Source: Mycobacteriaceae bacterium | GTDB lineage: Bacteria > Actinomycetota > Actinomycetes > Mycobacteriales > Mycobacteriaceae | Reading direction: 5' to 3' | NCBI GenBank assembly: GCA_965234515.1 | Contig: OZ248467.1 | Location: forward strand, 2,634,105 to 2,666,104 | DNA length: 32,000 bases | Shown: piece by piece, positions 16,560 through 22,772 of the stretch | Layout of the letters: the number at the start of each line of letters is the position of its first letter | Numbering within the stretch: position 1 is the first letter of the stretch | Program-made: the position numbers and the translations under genes | Notes under the pieces: model-generated | The model's input: the letters and a program-made list of their open reading frames with translations, nothing else | The model's database searches: none | What the model was told of the DNA's origin: nothing

Positions 16560-17279
16560 ATGCGCAACAATGAGATACCAGATTCAGATATCTCAAGGGT
16601 AGCGGAAGCCACCGACAAGTTTTGCTACGAGTTTCCCCGTGCCATCGTCGCCGTGGACACCGCGCTGTTAACTATCCACCCCGATCGGGGGCTCCTGGTG
16701 GTGGAGATGGAGCGCGGAGACACCGGCAAGTGGGCACTTCCGGGCACCTTTTTGCGTGAACACGAAACACTGGCCGGCGCCGTCGAGCGTTCACTGGACG
16801 AGAAGCTCGGGGTGCGGGACATCCGGCCGGCACAGTTGTACGTCTTCGACGATCCACACCGAGATGAGCGCCACTGGGTGCTGTCCGTGGCCCACGTCGC
16901 GGTAGTCCGCCCGGACCAGTTGACGTCGCTCGGTCGCGGAACTGCGAAAAGCACCCGGCTCGTCTCGGTGGACCGTCCCGGGGAGTTGGCCTGGGACCAC
17001 CCCAATATCGTCAAGCGCGCCAAGGAGTACGTGCGGTCACGCTACGAGGAGCAACCCGACCCCGACCGGCTACTGGGAAACACGTTCACACTGCGCGAAC
17101 TGCGACTGGTCCACGACGCCGTCGCCGATAACGACGAGCCGCCGTGGGATCGCGACGCCTTTCGACGCCGGATGCACAATCTCCTCGTACCCACCGGCGG
17201 GAAATCCGAAAACACCGGTTCACGAGGCCGGCCCGCTCAACTGTTCCGCCGACGGTCGGCGCGCGACCGGTCGCTCTAG
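16560..17279 (+). CDS. nrtR: NrtR-like Nudix-related transcriptional regulator (degenerate Nudix box plus C-terminal winged HTH)
   Basis: The Nudix-fold block KWALPGTFLREHETLAGAVERSLDEKLGV has the catalytic REUXEE reduced to RSLDEK. The C-terminal FTLRELRLVHDAV...DRDAFRRRMHNLL...GRPAQLFRR matches the NrtR wHTH pattern (FTLxxLqxvyEai...d+rNFRRK...RPAxLYRF). Confidence 0.7.
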   Translation: MRNNEIPDSDISRVAEATDKFCYEFPRAIVAVDTALLTIHPDRGLLVVEMERGDTGKWALPGTFLREHETLAGAVERSLDEKLGVRDIRPAQLYVFDDPHRDERHWVLSVAHVAVVRPDQLTSLGRGTAKSTRLVSVDRPGELAWDHPNIVKRAKEYVRSRYEEQPDPDRLLGNTFTLRELRLVHDAVADNDEPPWDRDAFRRRMHNLLVPTGGKSENTGSRGRPAQLFRRRSARDRSL

Positions 17280-17337
17280 CCTCCTCCACAGTCCGGACCA
17301 CTCTGTCCTTCCAAAACTATGTCCTGCCAAAACTTGA

Positions 17338-17371
17338 TATCGCCCGCGATATCAAGTTTTGAACAGCATCA
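17338..17371. repeat. Perfect 34-bp AT-rich palindrome CAAAACTTGATATCGC-cc-GCGATATCAAGTTTTG
   Basis: Read directly: 16-bp arms with no mismatch and a 2-nt centre. CCAAAACT also occurs 16 bp upstream (17321-17328). It lies 59 bp after the nrtR-like stop and 68 bp before vapB. Confidence 0.6.
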
Positions 17372-17410
17372 CTACCTGCCGAAAGCCCAGCAGCCGGCAC
17401 CGCCGAGCTT

Positions 17411-17432
17411 GTAGCACAATTAGTGCTACCAT
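17411..17432 (+). promoter_or_regulatory. Inverted repeat GTAGCAC-aatta-GTGCTAC overlapping a TACCAT -10 box; putative VapBC operator and leaderless promoter
   Basis: 7-bp arms at 17411-17417 and 17423-17429. TACCAT (17427-17432) ends exactly 6 nt before the ATG at 17439, and there is no SD. Confidence 0.45.
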
Positions 17433-17438
17433 CGGCCG

Positions 17439-17717
17439 ATGGAGGCAATCGGGGTCCGCGAGCTCAGGCAGCATGCGTCGCGCTACCTCGCCAGGGTCGA
17501 AGCCGGCGAAGAACTGGGCGTCACTAACAACGGTCGCCTCGTCGCACGGCTGGTCCCCGTCCGCGATGCGGAGCGTTCCCGCGCGGCGCTCATTAACTCG
17601 GGCGCCCTCATCCCGGCGCGCCAGCCGAGCAATCTCCTCGAGGTCAACGCCATTGCGCCTGCAGACCCGCAGCGCACACTCTCCGATGTTCTCAACGAGA
17701 TGCGCGACGAACCATGA
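17439..17717 (+). CDS. vapB: Phd/YefM-type antitoxin (VapB)
   Basis: [41 protein letters not shown] is the canonical Phd/YefM N-terminal domain. It has a 4-nt ATGA overlap with the PIN gene. Confidence 0.85.
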   Translation: MEAIGVRELRQHASRYLARVEAGEELGVTNNGRLVARLVPVRDAERSRAALINSGALIPARQPSNLLEVNAIAPADPQRTLSDVLNEMRDEP

Positions 17718-18124
17718 TTTACATGGACACCTCGGCGTTGACCAAGCTGCTCATCGCCGAGCCGCAGACGCCGGAATTGCGCACCTGGCTCACCGCGCAG
17801 ATCGAGCAGGGCGATAGCGCAGCGACGAGCTCCCTCGGCAGAGTCGAACTGATGCGCACCGTCGCTCGATATGGCGATACCGGCCAGGTCGATCGAGCCC
17901 GATACCTACTCGACGGTCTCGACATTCTTCCCCTCACCGAACCGATGATGGCTCTCGCCGAATCAGTCGGCCCGGCAACCCTGCGCTCCCTGGACGCCAT
18001 TCACCTCGCCGCGGCCGCCTACTTTGAGCCGGAACTGACCGCCTTCGTCACCTACGACCACCGCTTGCTGAACGGTTGCCGCGATATCGGCCTTACCACC
18101 GCATCGCCGGGCGGGGCCAGGTAG
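17714..18124 (+). CDS. vapC: PIN-domain ribonuclease toxin VapC
   Basis: [17 protein letters not shown] (first acidic residue), later ...LDAIHLAAA..., and C-terminal TYDHRL. This is a typical VapC layout. Confidence 0.85.
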   Translation: MIYMDTSALTKLLIAEPQTPELRTWLTAQIEQGDSAATSSLGRVELMRTVARYGDTGQVDRARYLLDGLDILPLTEPMMALAESVGPATLRSLDAIHLAAAAYFEPELTAFVTYDHRLLNGCRDIGLTTASPGGAR

Positions 18125-18194
18125 TCGGGAATCCCGCAGCGCTCGCGGTAGCGGGCCAGAACCTGCACGACAGAACATGGAGAACGTCGTCGGG

Positions 18195-18770
18195 CTACGC
18201 AGGTGGCGCGACCGGATCCAATGGCGGCGCATCCAAGGGCGGCGCATCCGGCGACGACAGATCCGGCGGCGGCGGCGGGGGCGCGTTCGAGGCGACGAAG
18301 CTGGTTTCGGGGCCGATGACGAAGCCCACCTGGTCGCGGCTATTCAGGCAGGCCACCACACCGGCGTCGTCCACCCCGCAGGCGACCTGGCGGTAACTCA
18401 ACCTGCGGTTGGGCGGCAGCGCCCTGACCACTCCGGCGTCGGCGTACTCCGGGGTCTCGGTGGTGGTGAACACCGGCATGCCGACCGGGCCCGCGCTGAC
18501 CAGGTTGGCGCCGTCGGGGGCCCCGGGTAGGGGGCCGCTGCAGCCGTAGTCGCCATTGGTGGAGTCGAGAATGCAGACCACCCCGGCCGGCCCGGCAAAG
18601 GCGAACCATTTGCCGCTGTTGACGGTGTAATCAACCGGGTTCACTGGCATGTACGCGAAGACGTCCGGGATCGGTGGCGGCGGCGGGGCCACCGGGTCGG
18701 CGGCAGCCGGGGATGCCCCGGTCAGGACGCCGGCCGCGACGACGGAGCTAAGCAGGATCCCGCGCAACAT
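18195..18770 (-). CDS. Secreted Cys-containing protein with Pro-rich termini (unknown function)
   Basis: Start trimmed to ATG at 18770 (MLRGILLSSVVAAGVLTGASPAAADP signal peptide). Four Cys residues. The C-terminal PPPPPPDLSSPDAPPLDAPPLDP contains a 15-bp duplication (18233-18259). The track ORF extends to 19070, antisense to the hicB-like gene. Confidence 0.6.
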   Translation of the reverse strand: MLRGILLSSVVAAGVLTGASPAAADPVAPPPPPIPDVFAYMPVNPVDYTVNSGKWFAFAGPAGVVCILDSTNGDYGCSGPLPGAPDGANLVSAGPVGMPVFTTTETPEYADAGVVRALPPNRRLSYRQVACGVDDAGVVACLNSRDQVGFVIGPETSFVASNAPPPPPPDLSSPDAPPLDAPPLDPVAPPA

Positions 18771-18857
18771 CACCTCACTGTACTGCGCCGCATGGCGCGG
18801 GGCCCAGTTCTGCACAGTGTCCTCACTCCCTGAAAGCCCCGCGCGCGCGTTCCCCGC

Positions 18858-19226
18858 ATGATGGTCGCCATGGCGCTGAATTACACGTATCGGGCCGAAT
18901 GGGATCCCGCGCGGCTCGAATATTTCGCGCGATGTTTGGAATTCCCCGGCCGCTATGCCGAAGCGTTCACGGCCCACGAGGCCATCGCCGCACTGGAGGC
19001 AATCATCACCGACACACTGGCCGAGATGGCCGAGTACGGCCAGACCGCCCCGGACTCCCTCACTGATCACCGCTACAGCGGGCGGTTCCTGGTCCGCACG
19101 TCGCGGTCACTACACGCCAGGCTCAGTGTCGAGGCCTGCGAGCAGCGGGTCTCGTTCAACCAGTGGGTAGTCGGCAAGCTCGCCGACCGCCCGCCCACTT
19201 TCGGACTAGACGACCTCTTCGGGTAG
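18858..19226 (+). CDS. hicB: HicB-family antitoxin-like protein (HicB_lk N-domain plus Arc/RHH C-domain); no HicA nearby
   Basis: YTYRAEWDPARLEYFARCLEFP...YSGRFLVRTSRSLHARLSVEACEQRVSFNQWVV matches the HicB-like antitoxin pattern. Confidence 0.7.
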   Translation: MMVAMALNYTYRAEWDPARLEYFARCLEFPGRYAEAFTAHEAIAALEAIITDTLAEMAEYGQTAPDSLTDHRYSGRFLVRTSRSLHARLSVEACEQRVSFNQWVVGKLADRPPTFGLDDLFG

Positions 19227-19239
19227 TAGTCTTCACGCC

Positions 19240-19845
19240 GTGCGGATCGCTGTGTCGGGTTCCCACTCGCTCGGCAAGTCCACCGTCGTCAACGACTGGG
19301 TGGCCGCGCACGACGGGTATCTCCGCGAGGAAGAGCCCTACCGCGCGCTCGGGCTCTTCGGCCCCTACGAGATCCTCTTCCGGGACTCCTCCACCCGCCT
19401 GCACAACGGAATTCAGCTGTACTACAACATCAGCCGCGTCCATCGCTACGCCACCAGCGCGGCCGATGTCATCTTCGACCGGGCGCCGGTGGACTATCTC
19501 GCCTATTCGCAATTCACCGCCGACTGCCATACCACCGACATCGACGACGAGTTCGTGGCGTCGATGGTGCCCGCGGTGCGCGAGTCCCTCGACCACCTCG
19601 ACATCCTGGCGTTCGTACCCGGGTCGGCGCGTTGGCCGGTGGAGATGGAAGCCGACGGCATCCGTCCGGTCGATCTCATCTACCGCGACAGCGTGGATGA
19701 GATCTTCAAGCAGATCTACCGCGACGGACGCTTCGACGTCATGCCAGCCGGAGACGCCCCATTGCTCGTCGAACTCGAGGGCCCGCGCGAGCAGCGCCTC
19801 GACCAGTTACAGGCGGCGATCACCGAGCGAGAGAACCACCGATGA
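19240..19845 (+). CDS. P-loop NTPase of the AAA_28 / NadR-kinase-like type
   Basis: Walker A motif at the N-terminus (VSGSHSLGKSTV) and FDRAPVDYLAY, which resembles the substrate-lid motif of dNK/NadR-type small kinases. GTG start lies 13 nt after the hicB-like stop. An ATGA overlap joins it to the next gene. Confidence 0.6.
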   Translation: MRIAVSGSHSLGKSTVVNDWVAAHDGYLREEEPYRALGLFGPYEILFRDSSTRLHNGIQLYYNISRVHRYATSAADVIFDRAPVDYLAYSQFTADCHTTDIDDEFVASMVPAVRESLDHLDILAFVPGSARWPVEMEADGIRPVDLIYRDSVDEIFKQIYRDGRFDVMPAGDAPLLVELEGPREQRLDQLQAAITERENHR

Positions 19846-20546
19846 CGGCCGGGGACGCGCACATCAGCCGCCGACGTCTGCTGCACCTGGCCGGCGCGGC
19901 CGGGGTGGTTGGCGTTGTCGGCGCCAGCGGACAAGCCCGCGCGACTCCCCCGCCGGCCTCAGCCGCCCTGCTGTGCCGTGATTCCTGGGGTGCGCGTCCG
20001 GCGCTGCCGGGTGGTCGGCCGCACACCATCACCCGGATGACGATTCACCACACCGCAGTCGCCCTCGGCGACAACAGCATCATCACCTCGCGGCTTCGCC
20101 AGCATCAGCGCTACCACCAGATCGACAGGGGGTGGGTGGACATCGCCTATCACGTGGGCGTCGACCGCGACGGGAACATCTTCGAACTGCGCCGGACCGC
20201 GATCGCCGGCGATACCGCCACGAACTACGACACCACCGGCCACTTCCTAGTCGTCTGCGAAGGCGACTTCAACGTGGAGCCGATCAGCGAGGCACAACTC
20301 AACGGGGCCGCACTCGCCTTCGCCTGGGCCACCCAGGAGTTCGGCATCACCTCCGCCACCTTGGCCAGCCACCAACAGGTCGCGGCGGCCACCTCCTGCC
20401 CCGGCACCAATCTGCAGAGCCACGTCGCCTCCGGTGATCTGCGTGGGCGGATCGACGACATGGTGACCGCCGGCCCGGTGCAACTCCAACCGGTGTGCGG
20501 GCCGCAGGCGGCCGCAGTGGCGGCCGCGATCGAGGCGGGCGGGTAG
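19842..20546 (+). CDS. Tat-exported N-acetylmuramoyl-L-alanine amidase (Amidase_2 / PGRP domain)
   Basis: Tat signal SRRRLLHLAGAAG...ARA. The Zn ligand pattern is intact (TIHHTA, DIAYHVGVD, LASHQQV...TSCPG). Confidence 0.8.
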   Translation: MTAGDAHISRRRLLHLAGAAGVVGVVGASGQARATPPPASAALLCRDSWGARPALPGGRPHTITRMTIHHTAVALGDNSIITSRLRQHQRYHQIDRGWVDIAYHVGVDRDGNIFELRRTAIAGDTATNYDTTGHFLVVCEGDFNVEPISEAQLNGAALAFAWATQEFGITSATLASHQQVAAATSCPGTNLQSHVASGDLRGRIDDMVTAGPVQLQPVCGPQAAAVAAAIEAGG

Positions 20547-20589
20547 ATCGAGCGCTCGCCGGGCCGTCCACCTGCCGACTCGGCCTTAT

Positions 20590-20619
20590 CGCATCATGAT
20601 GCGTTGATGTTATGATGCG
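20590..20619 (+). promoter_or_regulatory. Perfect 14-bp palindrome CGCATCATGATGCG plus a half-site repeat TATGATGCG overlapping a TATGAT -10 box; VapBC operator and leaderless promoter
   Basis: Palindrome at 20590-20603. TATGAT (20611-20616) ends 6 nt before the GTG at 20623, and there is no SD. Confidence 0.45.
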
Positions 20620-20622
20620 TTT

Positions 20623-20850
20623 GTGCGAACTACCGTGGATTTACCCGATGAGTTGCATCGTCAAGTGCGTGCCATCGCCCGCGATACCCGCCGCACCTTC
20701 AGCGATACGGTGGCCGATCTGATGCAGCGCGGGCTGAACCCTGCCATTCCGGCAGCGGTGTCGCCCAGCCTGAGAACCGGCCTGCCGGTCGTCACCCTCG
20801 GCACCGTGATCACCACCGACGATGTCCGCGCCGTGGACGACGAGGAGTGA
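20623..20850 (+). CDS. vapB: VapB-type antitoxin (RHH-like)
   Basis: MRTTVDLPDELHRQVRAIARDTRRTFSDTVADLMQRGL is the typical mycobacterial VapB N-terminus. It has a GTGA overlap with the PIN gene. Confidence 0.8.
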   Translation: MRTTVDLPDELHRQVRAIARDTRRTFSDTVADLMQRGLNPAIPAAVSPSLRTGLPVVTLGTVITTDDVRAVDDEE

Positions 20851-21242
20851 CAACGCTCTTGGACGCCAACGTGCTGGTGGCCCTGATCGTGTCCGACCAC
20901 GTTCACCATGACGCGGCGGAAAGCTGGTTCGCCGGTGTGGACGACTCGTTCGCCACCTGTCCGATCACCCAGGGAAGCCTCGTGCGACTCCTCATCAGAG
21001 GTGGGCAGAGCGCCGAGGACGCCCACGCGGTTGTGACGGCGCTGACCGAGAACTCGAGACACCAATTCTGGCCCGACAGTGTCTCTTTCACCGATTTCGC
21101 ACTCCGAGGAGTCATCGGGCACCGTCAGGTGACCGACGCGTACCTCGCCCAGTTGGCGCGGGCCAACGGGGGCACCCTCGCCACCTTCGACCGCGGACTC
21201 GTCGCACTGCACCCCGACGTCGCCGAACTGGTGCCCGACTAG
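20847..21242 (+). CDS. vapC: PIN-domain toxin VapC
   Basis: TTLLDANVLVALIVSDHVHH..., later PITQGSLVRLL and VTDAYLAQLA...LATFD. This is a canonical VapC pattern. Confidence 0.85.
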   Translation: MTTLLDANVLVALIVSDHVHHDAAESWFAGVDDSFATCPITQGSLVRLLIRGGQSAEDAHAVVTALTENSRHQFWPDSVSFTDFALRGVIGHRQVTDAYLAQLARANGGTLATFDRGLVALHPDVAELVPD

Positions 21243-22018
21243 TTCGCCTTCATGATGCGCTCGGACACCGCGAGCATCACCTTCCTCGGCGTGTAGCGAT
21301 AGGCACTGGCCAGCACCGAATTCTTCAGCCCCGACACCACCGTCGGCGTCGACTTGTCGATGGCCGCCATCGCGGTGTCGACAACCTGCTGTGAGGTCTG
21401 CCGGCCGCTGGTCAGGAACTCCTCGCCGGTGCGCGCGAAGAACTCCGTCTCGGTCGCGCCCGGGCACAGCGCGAACACCCGCACACCGGTGGACTTGGTC
21501 TCCTGCCACAGCGCCTCGGTGAATGACAGCACGAATGCCTTGGTGGCGCCGTACACGGCCATACTCGGCGTGGGCTGAAAGGCCGCCGTCGAGGCGACGT
21601 TGATGACCATTCCCCGCTTGGCCTTGGTCATCGCGGGCAGGAATAACCCGGTGAGTTCGACCAGCGTTACGCAGTTCAACTGGATCTGTGCGGAGTTCTT
21701 CTCGACGTCCTGCGTGACGAAGTCGCCGTGCCCGCCGACGCCGGCGTTGTTGACCAGGATGTCGATCGTGCGCCCAAGGGTGCCGACCTTGGCCGCTAGT
21801 TCGGCCGCCGAACCGGGCACCGAGAGGTCAGCGGTGATGATGTCGATGGTCAGCCCGGGGTGCTGCTCCAGCAATCGGGTGCGCAACGCGGCGAGCTTGT
21901 CCTCGCGCCGCGCGACCAGGACCAGGTTGGCCTTGCGCTTGGCGAATGCGACGGCAAAATCCTCGCCGATTCCACCGCTGGAACCGGTGATCAGCGCGGT
22001 CTGGTTCTCGAGATTCAT
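21239..22018 (-). CDS. Short-chain dehydrogenase/reductase (SDR)
   Basis: TGSSGGIG cofactor motif, NNAG, and the YGATK catalytic YxxxK. ATG at 22018 follows AGGAG by 5 nt. The track ORF extends to 22069. Confidence 0.9.
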   Translation of the reverse strand: MNLENQTALITGSSGGIGEDFAVAFAKRKANLVLVARREDKLAALRTRLLEQHPGLTIDIITADLSVPGSAAELAAKVGTLGRTIDILVNNAGVGGHGDFVTQDVEKNSAQIQLNCVTLVELTGLFLPAMTKAKRGMVINVASTAAFQPTPSMAVYGATKAFVLSFTEALWQETKSTGVRVFALCPGATETEFFARTGEEFLTSGRQTSQQVVDTAMAAIDKSTPTVVSGLKNSVLASAYRYTPRKVMLAVSERIMKAN

Positions 22019-22061
22019 GGACACTCCTGGGGCATGGGGACGACACGTTCGGCGACGCGAT

Positions 22062-22103
22062 GTTGACAACGTGAACTTTACCCATAGTGTTCACACTGTC
22101 AAC
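22062..22103. promoter_or_regulatory. Imperfect inverted repeat GTTGACAACGTGAAC-N12-GTTCACACTGTCAAC; putative TetR operator in the SDR/TetR divergent region
   Basis: 13 of 15 positions are complementary between the arms. The repeat lies between the divergent SDR and TetR starts. Confidence 0.5.
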
Positions 22104-22739
22104 ATGGAGGGTGTGACGGTGCCGAAGAACGCCTACCACCACGGGGATCTGCGCAACGCGTTAGTCCTCACGGCCGTGCGCCTCATCGAAGACGACGGAC
22201 TCGCAGAGTTCAGTCTGCGTGCCGCCGCACGCGAGGTCGGAGTCTCAGCCAACGCCGCCTACCGGCACTTCAATGACAAGTCCGACCTGTTGACCGCTGT
22301 CGCCGCTCATGGATTCGAGAAGCTGGCCCAGCGGATGCGGCGCGCCATGAATGCCACCCGGGCCGGCAAGGACCCTGCGCAGTTGGCCGTCAACCGGTTC
22401 ACCGCGACCGGTCGGGCCTACGTGCAGTTCGCCCTGGCCCATCCCGAACTTTTCGAGGTGATGTTCGGCCGAACCGGCGCCATGACCTTGGCGCCCGGGG
22501 ACCCGTCCGGGGACGAGGCCGGCCCCTACGCCCTGCTCGGCAGCGCCCTCGACGACCTGGTGAGCAGTGGCATCCTCGCCGCGTCTCGTCGGCCGGGTGC
22601 CGAACTCAACGCCTGGGTCGCCGTGCACGGCTTCGCCCGCCTGTGCCTTGATGGAGCGGCGAAACTTCCGCCCGGCTCCACGCGGGCCGACGCACTGGAG
22701 GATCTCCTCAACTTCATCGTGGCTGGGATCTGCGGCTAG
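22104..22739 (+). CDS. TetR/AcrR-family transcriptional regulator
   Basis: PKNAYHHGDLRNALVLTAVRLIEDDGLAEFSLRAAAREVGVSANAAYRHF is a TetR HTH. The start is ATG 22104 or, more likely, GTG 22119 (6 nt after GGAGGG at 22107-22112). The track ORF from 21600 is antisense overlap with the SDR. Confidence 0.85.
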   Translation: MEGVTVPKNAYHHGDLRNALVLTAVRLIEDDGLAEFSLRAAAREVGVSANAAYRHFNDKSDLLTAVAAHGFEKLAQRMRRAMNATRAGKDPAQLAVNRFTATGRAYVQFALAHPELFEVMFGRTGAMTLAPGDPSGDEAGPYALLGSALDDLVSSGILAASRRPGAELNAWVAVHGFARLCLDGAAKLPPGSTRADALEDLLNFIVAGICG

Positions 22740-22772
22740 GCAGACCCGACCGGTGGGTTTCCTGCCCTAGGG

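Noticed and set aside
16508-17429. GTAGCAC occurs both upstream of the nrtR-like gene (16510-16516) and in the vapB operator palindrome (17411-17429), which raised the idea of a shared NrtR regulon motif
   Set aside because: A 7-mer match is weak. The upstream copy has no inverted partner at the same spacing, and I cannot recall the true mycobacterial NrtR motif well enough to support the link.
18233-18259. 15-bp duplication GGCGGCGCATCC(nnn) x2
   Set aside because: It has only two copies and simply encodes the duplicated DAPPL in the Pro-rich tail of the secreted protein. It is minor compared with the 9-copy array at 30477.
21239-21242. The palindromic CTAG supplies the stop codons of both convergent genes (vapC TAG and SDR TAG on the opposite strand)
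   Set aside because: The overlap is real, but it is probably a trivial consequence of tight convergent packing. No functional claim can be supported.
20661-21509. 282-aa minus-strand ORF spanning vapBC and the SDR 3' end
   Set aside because: It is antisense to two well-supported genes, the sequence is low-complexity and Arg/Gly-rich, and there is no RBS.
21600-22103. N-terminal 168-codon extension of the TetR ORF in the track (379 aa total)
   Set aside because: The extension is antisense to the SDR gene and lacks protein-like composition. The TetR HTH begins right after 22104/22119, where a GGAGGG RBS is found.
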